DNA of 64,000 nucleotides, from positions 268,274,001 through 268,338,000 of the forward strand of contig OZ024741.1 in assembly GCA_964016885.1 (NCBI GenBank), given 5' to 3'. Below, piece after piece: positions 12,961 through 25,491 of this stretch. Position 1 is the first letter of the stretch. Each line of letters starts with the position of its first letter. The notes beneath the pieces are model-generated. The model worked only from the letters and a program-made list of their open reading frames with translations, had not been told where the DNA came from and ran no database searches. The position numbers and the translations under genes are program-made. Source of the DNA: Eledone cirrhosa (lineage: Eukaryota).

Positions 12961-13584
12961 GTTATATATATATAAAGTGGTCATGTAGGAGTCACAACAA
13001 AAAGCACCCAACACACACTGTAATTTGGTTAGCATTAGGAAAGGCATCTAGCCAGAAACAGTCCTATATGAGCTAGACACAGTCACCTGATCCAACTTGC
13101 CTCTAATGGGACAACCCATCTAATCCATGCTAACATGGAAAATGGATGTTAAACAATGATGATGATGATGACATAATGTAATTTCTCTACTAATGAATCG
13201 AGTACCTTATTTAACTATGGTTCCTTTCCATTCTCATTTGGAAGACCATCTCATGACACCCTCCTTCGTGTTGGTGATCTACACAATAAATGCATCCAGT
13301 ACATGCTGCAAAGTGGTTGGTGATAGAAGGGCATCCAGTTGTAGAAAGCTTGCTAAACAAAAAGACGGGATGACCCTTCAGTTGTGACAAAGACATAACA
13401 AACTCTCCTGTGCACTCAGTAGAATGAGAGCCCATACGGAGGCGAGATGCAGACTCCCATTCTGTCTGGGAGGTCAGTAGCCTTGCTTCAGTATTGACTT
13501 GGTTTATGTGGACCCATCCAACCTTTGCTGCAGGGAAAGTAAGGCATTAAACAATGTTGATGATGATGATGATATATAGAGAGT

Positions 13585-14275
13585 GAAAGTGTGTGACTTA
13601 GTGGTTAGACATTTGGATTCACAATGGTGAGATTGTGGGTTTAATTTCCGGACAAGGTGATGTGTTGTGTCCTTGAGCAAGTCACATTATTTCATGTTAC
13701 TCCAATTCACTCAGATGTAGAAATGAGTTGCGATGTCGCTGGTGCCAAGCTTTATCAGCCTTTGTTTTTCCCTTGGACAGCATTATTAGCATGGAGAGGG
13801 GAGACTGATATGCATAGGTGACTGCTGGATGACTTGATGTATGGTCCAATAACTCCCAAGGGAGTCAGTGGGGTGCCGTATTGACATACAGCATTTCTAG
13901 AACGTTTTTAAACCTGGCAAAACTTATCTTTCTCCAGGTCTGAATATATGTAGATTTCTTCCAGAGAAGGATAGAGAGTGAGAGAATGAAAGTGAGAAAG
14001 AGACACCGGGGAAGAATTGGCCCTAGTACTAGACTGGTACATTTTTTATCGAACTGAAATGGATGAAAGGCAAAGTTGACCTTGGTGGTATTTGAACTCA
14101 GAGAGCCAAAATGAATACTACAAAGCATTCTATCTGATGTTCTAACAACTTTGCCAATTTGCTGCTTGGGTGACTGCTGGTGTTCCATAAAAAAATCCTT
14201 GCCCAGGCTTGTGCCTTAGTGAGGAACTCTCTAGCTGCAAACCCTATGGTCATTCATGACTGAAGGGGTCTTTCA
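13585..14275 (+). mobile_element. tRNA-derived CORE-like SINE interrupted by a second SINE (13829-14168, minus strand)
   Basis: Uninterrupted homolog at 60083-60425; 12-bp TSD ggtgactgctgg at 13817-13828 and 14169-14180. Confidence 0.85.
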
Positions 14276-14914
14276 TCATCATCATCATCATCTTCGTTTA
14301 ACGTCCATCTTCCATGCTAGCATGGGTTAGACGGGTGTTGTCCCACTTGAGGCAAGTTTGGTCGGGTGACCATGTCTCGCTCATATAGGACTATGTGGCA
14401 GGTTTTCTACAGCTGGATGCCCTTCCTAACACCAACCACATTTACAGTGTGGAACTGGGAACTTTTTACTGTGTTACCTACACGACCACATTACAGTGTG
14501 GACTGTGTGTTTTTTTCTCGTGACACCTACACAATCTCGATCTCATTATCTCATTTATTTGGTACCAACTTTACAGAGAGAGGTTGGTGTTAGTGGGAGT
14601 GGGAGGATAGGGTAGGGGTAGTGGATTGGGGTGTATATTTGGTTAAGAGGTGCCTACTGACTCTCAGTCGCTTAATGTCAATAAAGCTGGGGTAAGCACC
14701 AACCTCCACACTTGGGACAGATTTCATCTTGAAGTTCATATATATATAGAGAGAGAGTGTGTCTGCAGTGCTAATACCGGGAAGACCACTAATCATTTAT
14801 GGGTGTACTGAATGCATGGGGAGATGCAGAGTGGGTATAGTAATAGATAGAAACCTGACCGCAACACCAAGTGATTTGGGGTGCTTGGCACCAAGGTTGG
14901 GATTTTACCTCTCC

Positions 14915-14952
<38 letters not shown>

Positions 14953-14983
14953 CGATTTTAGTCTTCAAATTTATTATTATTAC

Positions 14984-15015
<32 letters not shown>

Positions 15016-16049
15016 CACAAAATACATTGTTAGGGACACAATAACATGTTTGTTCAAGGCTGGGTTGCACATGCAAAGGGTATCAAGGGAAGAAGGGCAC
15101 CATTTTATCCAAATATATGTCATCCTAGAAACAAATTTCTTTTTATATGAGGTGGGGGGAGCATAATGTTTTAAGTACTCAGGGCCCCAAATGATCTTAA
15201 TCTGGCCCTTAGTTTGTTCCACATGTCATTGACTCTGTGTACAAGGTTTCTAATCTTAACTGAAGTCATTCAATGGTGTGTATATGCTAATGGGCGAGGG
15301 GGGAGGGGGGGCTGGAGTTTGTGGCCACTCTTGTATACAATCACATGACATTCACCTATAGTTGTCAGCAGTAATAGAGAGAAAGAATTAGGTGGATTGA
15401 TGGAAAAATACAGGAAGGAAGTGGAGGTGGTGGAAAACGAAGTGTTGGTCGTGGTGGGATTGACGGTCGCGGTAGTGCAGGAACACCGACTGTAATGATG
15501 TGTATTTGGTAATTGTAGTACTGGTAGTGGTGGTAGCAGTGGCTGTAGTAGAAGTGATAGTAGTAGTGATGTTGGCAATGCTTGTAGTGACAGTGGTAGT
15601 AATAGTGTTAATGGCTGTGGTAAGAGTGGTAGTGATGGTGTTAATGGTTGTAATGATGGTTGTAGTAGTAGTAGTGGTAATGATGGTGTTAATGGTTGTG
15701 GTAGTGATGGTGGTAATGGTAGTGGTGATGGTAGGAGTGAAGATTGTGGTAGTGGTGGTTGTTATGCTTGAAAACTGGAGCTATGGATATTTGAATAAAG
15801 CGTCACTTTTATTTACACACGCTCACACATATTGGAAACACACATGGAAGATACGTACGTACATACACCAACACACACAGACAGACGTGTATACACATTT
15901 ACAGATGCACACATGGACAGACATGTACATCCACATATATGGACACACATACACACAAGGAGTTTACATGTACACATAGACACAAATACATACATACAAA
16001 CTACTGCCACCACAACCACCACCACCACGACAACCAATATAAGCAGTCT

Positions 16050-16363
16050 CTAGGACACGTGTACCTAGTTTCCCGCCCCACTAATACATATACACACCAG
16101 TCACAAATGCACACATACACGCCACTGCCACCACCATTACCATTATGATCAACTTCTAGGACACATGTACCTAGTTGTCTTCCTCCTCGACCCCTCACAC
16201 ACATACGCACTAATGACACAACTACCCCCCTCCCACCCCTACCACCACTATAAGCAGCCTCTAGGACACATGTACCTAGTTGTCGTCTTCCACCCATATA
16301 CACACTAATGACACAACTACCACCACTACCACTATAGACAGCCTCTAGGACACGTGTACCTAG
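16050..16363. repeat. Four spaced copies of palindromic 19-mer CTAGGACACRTGTACCTAG
   Basis: Copies at 16050, 16156, 16261, 16345 separated by related CA/ACC-rich spacers. Confidence 0.9.
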
Positions 16364-16870
16364 TTACCTCCCCTCCCGACTCATACATACACATATTACC
16401 CACACCACGTTCACAGCGGAGTCTAAATGACCTAGACGCCAGAGAAACGCGGTCAAACTCCCTCCTATTACCATCACCTCCCTATTTTCATTTATTTATT
16501 AATATCTTTCTCTCTCTATTCTCTGTCTCTTACTATCCCTTTTTCTCTCTCTTTGACTATATTTCTCTCTCTCTCTCTCTTCTCTATATCTTTCCTATTC
16601 ACCTATTATTTCTCTCCTATATTATCTTCTTCCTATCACTCCCTTCTCTTTCTCTCTCTGTTTCCACTACTACACACACTCATACACATGCATATATTCA
16701 GATAAACAGTCATAAACACCAGCACATAGCAATACACATGCACATACACCTACACAGATTGACACACATACAAACACGCACACATTCACACATACGCACA
16801 TACTTTGACACAGTCACACGAATACTCCTCCCTCACTCACAGCAATACATACATACATGCATACATATTT

Positions 16871-16901
<31 letters not shown>

Positions 16902-17099
16902 CACAAACACAATTACATCAACTCTCCTCACCACCACCACTACTATAAACAATACAAGGCGGAGATGAGGTGGTAAACTCTCTGTCTTTTTTTTTCTCTC
17001 TCTCTCTTTCTCCCTTTCTTCCTACTGACTGACAGAACGACCTAATCTTACAGATTTGGTTAGGGTCGCGGTCAACTCGGTGCTCCACCGACTGCCTTA

Positions 17100-17569
17100 C
17101 ATATTCTCCCTTCACTTTGCTCCCTATATTTCTCGCATTCTCTCTCTTTGCTCCTTACGCACTTTCCCTCTCTTCCCTACAATTCTCTCTCTCTAGCTCT
17201 CCTACAATTAATTCTCTTTTCTTACCTCTCTCTTTTTTTTACCTTTTTCTCCTCTCTTGTTTCTCCTATTCTCTCTATTTCTCCAATTTTCGCTTTCTCT
17301 CTTTCCACCCTTTTCTCCTCTCTTCTTACATCTCTGTCTTCTCTCTCTACCTCTCCAATTTTCTCTCTTTCTCTCTCTTGCTCTCCAATCCTCACTCTAT
17401 CTCTCTCTAGCTCTTCCTACAACAACTCTGTTCTTTCATCTCTCTTTCTTCCTATCCACTTTTCTCTCCTCCCTTCATCTCTTTCTCACCCTACATCTCC
17501 CTCTTTCTAAATTTCACTCCCTGCTGTAATCTTTTTCTCTTTACGTCTCTCACTCTCTAGATTTATTTT

Positions 17570-17609
<40 letters not shown>

Positions 17610-18250
17610 GTGACAATCCTATTACCTGCTCCATATTACATTTACTCTTTCTATTCGCTCATCCTCACTTTATTATTTTTCTCTTTCTCTCTTCCTGCTT
17701 TATTCATTCTTTCTGTCTCTCCCTTTGTCTCTCTCACTCTGCCTCTTACTTTGTCACTTTCTCTGTCTTTCACTCAGCCTTTGCCCTCTAATTTCCCGCT
17801 TTACTTCTATTCTCTCTGCCTGTCTCTTACCTTGTCTCTCTTTCTTTCTCTCAGCCTTTCCTCTCTAATTCACAGCTTTCCCTATCTTTACTCTGTTTCT
17901 CTCTTACTTTTCTCTCTTTCCTGGCTTTACCTCTCTTCTCCTTGTCTGTCACATTCTCTCTCTCTCTTTCATCAACCCCCTCTCTTTACTCAGTTTAGCT
18001 CTCTCTTACTCTAATTCTAAGCTCTACCTCTCTTTGCTCTGTCCATCTTACACTTTGTCTCACTCTCTCTACTGTTCCTATGGAAACCAGCTCAATACAA
18101 CACTGCCTCCCCTTACTTCTGACACACTTTCTGATTTTTCCTTCTCTCTTTTCTTTACATTCTTTCACCAACTTTTTGCACCCCCCCCTCTTCTTTCCTT
18201 TCTCCTCATCCTACTCTCTCTTCTTCTCTTCCTCCGTTCCTCCTTCCATT
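17100..18250 (+). repeat. ~1.1-kb polypyrimidine (CT-rich) tract
   Basis: Predominantly C/T on the + strand. Confidence 0.9.
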
Positions 18251-18339
18251 GTCGTCTGCTTCAATCAAAGTTACCGAAACTTTCCAGTTTCACTTGATAC
18301 TCCCCTCTCCCTTTGCTGGAGAGGAACAATGGCAGATTT

Positions 18340-21010
18340 CACCACCACCACTACCATACTACAACCACTGCTATATAACCACCGCCACCATACTACAACC
18401 TCTGCTATATAACCACCACCACCATACTACAGCCACTACTATATAACCATCAACATACTACTATATCACCACCACTATACTACAACCTCTGCTATATAAC
18501 CACCACCACCATACTATAGCCACTACTATATAAACACCACCACCATACTACAGCCACTACTATATAAACACCACCACCATACTACAACCACTACTATATA
18601 ACTACCACTACTATACTACAACCTCTGCTATATAACCACTACCACCAAACTACAACCACTACTATATAACTACTACCACTATACTACAACCACTACTATA
18701 TAACCATCAACATACTGCAACCACTACTATATCACCACCACTATACTACAACCAGTACTATATAACCCTCACCACCATACTACAACCACTACTATAAACC
18801 ACAACAATACTACAACTACTACTACTATTGTAACACCACCACCATACAACTATAACATCACCACCACCCTAATGCAACCACTACTACTATAACACCACCA
18901 CCATCCTACTACAACCACTGCTACTATAACACCACCTATTGCAGCACCACCATCATACTACAACCACTACTATAACTCCACCACCATACTACAACCATTA
19001 CTACTGCATTGTCATTATGTCACACTCACAATACTACAACCTACACAACCACTATTACTATAACACCGCCATCCTACTACAACCACTACTGCTAGTTTAA
19101 CACCACCACCATACTACAACTACTACTACTATTGTAACACCACCGCCATACTACAACCACTACTACTGCATTATGTCACACTCACAGTACTACAACCTAT
19201 ACTACCACCACATGCAGCTCGACAACCACCACTACCATCTCCCTCCCCTCACAACTATAACTAGAACCCCCTCCCCTCTGCCTCACGATAACAGCCATCA
19301 CATGACCCAGCAATATTTCATTCAAACATCCCCCCTCCCTCCAATAACCAGCGTTTCATCATACATACACATACAACACAAAATATATTTGCCTCTCTGG
19401 CGTTCATGATGGTTGTGTAGTGGTATGATGCTGTTTAGGAAGTAGTGGTGATGATGATGGTGGTGTGGTGATGGTAGTGGTGGTAGTGATGAGGATAGTT
19501 GAGGTAGTGTTCGGGTGATAGTAGTAGTGGTGGTGGTAGTGGTGGTAGTGATGAGGATAGTTGAGGTAGTGTTCGGGTGATAGTAGTGGTGGTGGTATTG
19601 GTGGTGGAGTGGTGGTGGTAGTGATGGGGATAGTTGTAGTGTTTGGGTGATAGTAGTAGTGGTGGTGGTATTGGTGGGGTGGGGGGGTAGTGATGGGGAT
19701 AGTTGTGGTAGTGTTTGGGTGATAGTAGTAGTGGTGGTGGTGGTAGTGATGGGGATAGTTGTGATAGTGTTTGGGTGATAGTAGTAGTGGTGGTGGTATT
19801 GGTGGGGTGGCGGTGGTAGTGATGGGGATAGTTGTGATAGTGTTTGGGTGATAGTAGTAGTGGTGGTGGTATTGGTGGGGTGGCGGTGGTGGTGGTAGTG
19901 ATGGGGATAGTTGTGATAGTGTTTGGGTGATAGTAGTAGTGGTGGTGGTATTGGTGGGGTGGTGGTGGTAGTGATGAGGATAGTTGTAGTGTTCGGGTGA
20001 TAGTAGTAGTGGTGGTGGTATTGATGGTGGAGTGGTGGTGGCAGTGATGGGGATAGTTGAGGTAGTGTTTGGGTGATAGTAGTAGTGGTGGTGGTAATGG
20101 TGTGGTGGTGGTGGTAGTGATGGGGATAGTTGTGATAGTGTTTGGGTGATAGTAGTAGCGGTGGTGTGGTGGGAGTGGTGATGAGGTAGTGGTGGTGATG
20201 GGAGTAGTGTTTGGGTGATAGTAGTAGTATTGGTGTGGTGGGAGTGGTGATGGGGTAGTGGTGGTGATGGGAGTAGTGTTTGGGTGATAGTAGTAGTATT
20301 GGTGTGGTGGGAGTGGTGATGGGGTAGTGGTGGTGATGGGAGTAGTGTTTGGGTGATAGTAGTAGTATTGGTGTGGTGGGAGTGGTGATGGTGATGGGGT
20401 AGTGGTGGTGGTGGTGATGGAGGTAGTGGTGGTAATTGTTTGGATGATAGTAGTAGTATTGGTGTTGTAGTGGTAGTGGTGATGAAAGTAGTTGTGGTAC
20501 TGTTTGGGCGATAGTAGTAGTATTGGTATGGTGGTGGTGGTGATGATGGGGGTTGTGGTGGGGGTGGTGATGGGAGTGTTGATGGTATTGTTTGGGTGAT
20601 AGTACTAGTGTTGGTGTGGTGGTGGTGTTGGGGGTAGTGATGTTATTGTTTGGGTGATAGTACTAGTGTTGGTGTGGTGGTGGTGTTGGGGGTAGTGATG
20701 TTATTGTTTGGGTGATAGTACTAGTGTTGGTGTGGTGGTGGCGATGGGGGTAGTGATGTTATTGTTTGGGTGATAGTACTAGTGTTGGTGTGGTGGTGGC
20801 GATGGGGGTAGTGGTGGTGGTTTGGGTGTGCTGGAATTGATTGTTGTGGTGTTGGTGCTACTGGTAGTATTGGTGGGAGTGTTTGTGATGATAATAGTGT
20901 TGATGGTGGTAATAGTGTGTGTGGGGGGAGTGGGTGGGGTGATCATGATATTGGTGATGGTTGTAGTAGTGGTGTTGAGTGTATATAGTGGTGGTGGTGG
21001 TGGTGGTGGT
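18340..21010. repeat. (ACC/ACT)-rich minisatellite (18340-19250) followed by oppositely oriented (GGT/AGT)-rich minisatellite (19410-21010)
   Basis: Units such as accaccaccatactacaaccactactat and gtagtgatggggatagttgtgatagtgtttgggtgatagtagtagtggtg. Confidence 0.9.
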
Positions 21011-21187
21011 CAAAAGCAGAGTTGCCATATTGGGCTGCAATTAGTGGATCATGCATTTTTTTTTCCATTTGGCAACTTCAAAATTTTAATTTTTTAATCT
21101 AAGAATCTTATTGAATATCATAAAATTAAATATAATCAGCTGATTTGAACTAAGCAGCCAGCATATAATATATATACATATATACAT

Positions 21188-21236
<49 letters not shown>

Positions 21237-21241
21237 TACAT

Positions 21242-21285
<44 letters not shown>

Positions 21286-21292
21286 GTATATA

Positions 21293-21330
<38 letters not shown>

Positions 21331-21333
21331 TTG

Positions 21334-21450
21334 TAATATAGATGAGATTCTACAGGACTAGAACTGTTTCATTCTTGAGAAATCATCAGGATTCCTGATG
21401 ATTTCTCAAGAATGAAACAGTTCTAGTCCTGTAGAATCTCATCTATATTA
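21334..21450. repeat. Perfect 117-bp palindrome centred on T21392, next to (TA)n
   Basis: Arms taatatagatgagattctacaggactagaactgtttcattcttgagaaatcatcagga and its reverse complement. Confidence 0.95.
21390..21438 (+). ncRNA. Type I hammerhead ribozyme (family A)
   Basis: gattc CTGATGA t-ttc-tcaa-gaa-t GAAACAG ttctagtc CTGTA gaatc; stem I gattc/gaatc, stem III ACAG/CTGT, GUA site. Confidence 0.85.
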
Positions 21451-21574
21451 AAATTTTTATACTCTGCTATGTATTGGGTACCTTACTTACTGTGGTTACC
21501 TCCAATTCAACCCGGAATAACTTACCTATATATATTTATATATCTCTATATATATATATATATATAATATACAA

Positions 21575-22852
21575 ATGGAAGAGAGAGAAATTACCCTCAG
21601 TAGATCCGACAGAGGAACCAGCTATTGAGATTGACGAATAAAGGGGCCAAGAGGCAATTAAGGAAATGAAAAATGGTAAGGCTGCTGGACCATCGGGAAT
21701 AGTTGCTGAGATGCTGAAGGTATCAGGGGACGTAGGCACTAAACTGGTTGCACGCATCATCAATCAGGCTATATATGGTGGTGTCATACCCAAAGACTGG
21801 TGCAGCAGTATTATCATAAATTGCTACAAAGGTAAAGGGGATGCTCTGGAGAGGAGCAATTATAGGGGTATAAAACTGATGGATCAGGTGATGAAAGTGG
21901 CAGAAAGGATATTAGCACAACTAATTAGAGAAAGGGTCAAACTGCATCTCAAGAGTACAACAGATGCCCTCTTCTTGGTGAGACAATTTCAAGAGAGGTT
22001 CTTAGAGAAAAATAAGCCACTATACTTAGCCTTTGTTGACCTAGAGAAGGCTTTTTATAGGGTACCCCAATCTGTCATCTGGTGGTCCCTAAGAAAGCTA
22101 GGTATTGAGGAATGGCTTGTGAGGACAGTGCAAACTTTGTACAGAGGTACTGTCAGTAAAGTCAGGGTAGGAATGGAGTTTAGTGAGGAATTCCAGATAC
22201 AAGTAGGAGTACATCAAGGTTCGGTCCTCAACCCGCTCTTGTTCATTATAGTCCTCCAAGCCATAACAGAGGAGTTTAAGACTGGCTGTCCATGGGAACT
22301 TCTCTATGCTGACGATCTGGTTCTTTTAGCAGAATCAGTAGAGGAGCTAGAGAATAAATTCTGGCTTTGGAAACAGCAGTTGGAAGCAAGAGGACTGAGA
22401 GTGAACCTAGCTAAGACAAAAGTGTTGATAAGTAGAAAAGAGGACAAAACTCTGATTCCGTCAGGGAAATGGCCATATTCGATATGCAGAAAAGGAACTG
22501 CATAAATTCTATAAAATGCATACAATGCAGATCTTGGGTACACAACAGATGTAGTGGGATAGCAGGCAAACTAACAGGTATGGAGAAATATGTATGCAGT
22601 AGATGTACAGGGAAATTAGACAGTAGAAGTTGCATTGATAGACACATTTTTCAAATGCAGGCAGGTGCTATAGAAGTGGTGGATAGCTTCCGATACCTAG
22701 GAGATCAGAGTGAGAAGAGACCTCAGATCGCTGAAGCTCACGGTGGAGATGACAAAGGACCGTGACAAGTGGAGAGATGCTGTGCTGAATAAGACCTGTC
22801 CCACCCTTGCAAGCAGGGAAGAGCGGACGTAAAATGATGATGATGATGATGA
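21575..22852 (+). mobile_element. 5'-truncated RTE LINE with internal deletions
   Basis: ORF 21666-22505 is an RT (KGKGDALERSNYRGIKL, ELLYADDL); jumps from YLGD directly to the 3' end; (GAT)n tail. Confidence 0.92.
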
Positions 22853-23120
22853 ATATATATATATGTATATGTTTAGAATTGGAGCTCTGAAATAGCAATA
22901 TATATATGGATGTATTGCAAAATACATTATATATACATCCATATGTATATGTATATATATGTGTGTTAAGTATTTCCATAGAAAGGGTAAAGGAAAGAAG
23001 AGTGCTCTATATATAGTACAGAGCTATTTAATTATGTAATAAACAATACAATATATATATATATAAATATAAATATAAAAATAGAAAAATAGAAAAATGA
23101 ACACAAACACACACAGACAC

Positions 23121-23176
23121 CCGGATGTGGCGCATGCGCAAACTGAGCACGCAACCCACACACAAACAAAATGGCG
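23121..23176 (+). promoter_or_regulatory. Clustered ETS-, NRF1- and YY1-like promoter motifs
   Basis: CCGGATGT (23121), GCGCATGCGCA (23130), CAAAATGGCG (23167) within 56 bp of otherwise CpG-poor DNA. Confidence 0.45.
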
Positions 23177-23222
23177 TAGGATAGAAGAAAGGAAAGGCAC
23201 AGAAACGAAGAAAGAAATCCCC

Positions 23223-23267
23223 AGTCACTGAAGAGGTCACAGAGTGTGTGACGAAAGAACTATGACT
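23223..23267 (+). ncRNA. Minimal type I hammerhead ribozyme
   Basis: agtca CTGAAGA g-gtcac-agagtgt-gtgac GAAAG aa CTA tgact; stem I agtca/tgact, 5-bp stem II, very short stem III. Confidence 0.7.
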
Positions 23268-23481
23268 ATATATATATAAACAACTATCTGGTTGTGGAAC
23301 CAACCAACCAACCAGAAATTTATAAATTTGTAAATTTATAAATATATATTAAATTAAATTGAAGTGAAAGCAACTGGTGCGTGTGTTTCTTATTGGCAAC
23401 ATGACCCTCCCAAAGTATAACAATATCGGTTTCAACACACGATTTCAGATAAAGAATCTTGCTAAACAAATTCAGAAACGA

Positions 23482-23587
23482 AATACAATATAATTATTCC
23501 ATTACCCAAGGTTTCACGAAGTCAGACGCTACTGTTAGAATTGTCTCTTTCCCGAAACCTTGGGTAATGGGATAATTATATTGTGTT
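23482..23587. repeat. Fold-back of HHR family B 3' half
   Basis: Arms aatacaatataattattccattacccaaggtttc / gaaaccttgggtaatgggataattatattgtgtt; homologous to PLE pLTR at 53015-53050. Confidence 0.8.
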
Positions 23588-23862
23588 ATTTATTACATAA
23601 TTAAACATATATATATATATACATATATATGTGTGTGTATATATATATATCAACTAGAAATTGATTGACATATATATATATTTAAAATAAACACATGAAA
23701 CAATCACAGGGGGTAATTTGTAAAGTGTGTAATCACACATAGCTAGGTAGGTAACTAATTAAAGTTTAACTAGAGCTTCAAATATTACCTTTTTAAAAAA
23801 AAATATATATATATACATACATATTTATGTATGATATATATACACATACATATATGTGTATA

Positions 23863-23901
<39 letters not shown>

Positions 23902-23910
23902 CATATATAT

Positions 23911-24043
23911 ATATTTATTAAAATAACAGATTAAAGTTTAAGCAAAGAATCGCTGCTTTCACCCTTAACGGGATCTAAGATCCCGTTAAGGGTGAAAGCA
24001 GCGATTCTTTGCTTAAACTTTAATCTGTTATTTTAATAAATAT
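23911..24043. repeat. Perfect 133-bp palindrome centred on A23977 within a remnant HHR core (family C)
   Basis: Centre gatct-a-agatc; right arm ctAAGA t-ccc-gttaa-ggg-t GAAAGC a GC; tail continues to ~24130, and its end also occurs at 14955-14985. Confidence 0.9.
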
Positions 24044-24151
24044 TTGCTCTACGGTTCTTATATATTTGATATATATTTTCCTTATCGAGCCCTCTTTGGA
24101 TTTTAGTCTTCAATTTTATTATTATTACTATATCATATATATATATATATA

Positions 24152-25210
24152 TCATCATCATCATCATCATCATCGTTTAACGTCCTGTGGGAGGGGGTGG
24201 GGCATATTGTCTATATGCTTCTGCTTTGGGTTGTACTCATGAGAAGTCGGGTCTTCTGTATTACTGTGTGACGCCAGAGGTCACGGTCATGTGTCATCGC
24301 CTTTGAGAGGTGCAATTAGGTAAGGTCGGCTTTTATCACCTCATCCCAGGTCTTCTTGGGTCTCCCCACTCCATGGCTTCCATCGACTTCTAGCGCTTTG
24401 CACCTTTTTATGCAGCTGTCATCCTTCATACGTATCACATGTCCATACCAATGCAGCCTCTTCTCCTGCACACAGCATTTGATTCCTCTTATGCTCAGTC
24501 TCTCTCTTAATTCGTTTATACTTTGCTGTTCGCGTATATTACTATTACACATCCATCGGAGCATGCAGGCTTCGTTTCTTTCTAATCTACGCAAGTCTTT
24601 TACAGACAACGCCCAGGTCTCACTACCATGTAACATTGCTGTTCGTATGCACGCATCATACAGTCTGCTTTTCCTTTTGAGGAAAAAGCCTTTTGCAGCT
24701 AGCAGTGGCAGTAGCTCCCTGAACTTCTTCCATCCCGTTCTTACCCTGGTACTTTCCGAACACCCACCTCCATGGCTAATTCAGTCACCTAGGTAGCAGA
24801 AGCTGTCTACTGTTTCTACAGACCCCTCCCAGAATTTGGTAGTGCTTGTTTCCTGTGGCCATTTGCTGATTGCTGTCCTGGTAAAGTCTACATTCTTAGC
24901 TAAGCTTCTTGAGATCCCACTACATCTCTTGTGTACACACTGTTTGCATTTGGGGCCGAGGATGGAGTTCCTACCTACACCTTTCCTACATACTGAGCAA
25001 GGCCATTTCCCTGAGGGGATCTGGGTTCTGCTTTCTCGTCTACTTATGAGGACCTTAGTCTTTGTCAGGTTGTCTTTGAGACGCTTTCTTTCTAGTCCCT
25101 GCTTCCATGTTTGGAATTTCTTCTCTAGTTCCACCATAGATTCAGTTATAAGTGTGAGATCATCTGCATACAGGAGTTCCCATGGGCATCTGGTCTTAAA
25201 CTCCTCTGCA
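24152..25210 (-). mobile_element. 5'-truncated RTE LINE
   Basis: ORFs 24781-25137 and 24316-24636 closely match the 61604 ORF; (CAT)n at the left end is the tail. Confidence 0.92.
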
Positions 25211-25239
25211 ATACTATAATGAACATATATATATATATA

Positions 25240-25491
25240 CAGGGGTGGTGGAACTGGGGAGGGGGGTACATGTCCCCCTTCCCCAAATAATTATATTTTT
25301 CTTCCCAAACTACCAAAATACACATCTATTTGTATATGTGTTACAATTCATGTACATGCTATATTTGTTGCATATCAAAGTTTTTTATATTTTGGTTGAT
25401 ATTTGATGATAAGAGCTAAACTAATCACTACAACTAAATTGACCAAATCCACCCCACCCCACCCCATTCAGAAATGCTTCCACCGCCCTTG
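25240..25491. mobile_element. MITE with GC-rich TIRs (PIF/Harbinger-like) in a TA tract
   Basis: caggggtggtggaa ... ttccaccgcccttg. Confidence 0.55.

Noticed and set aside
13585-13660. tRNA-like A/B boxes
   Set aside because: These are SINE heads; no cloverleaf, so no tRNA gene called.
16050-16363. CRISPR-like repeat-spacer appearance
   Set aside because: Eukaryotic context, no cas genes, spacers long and mutually homologous.
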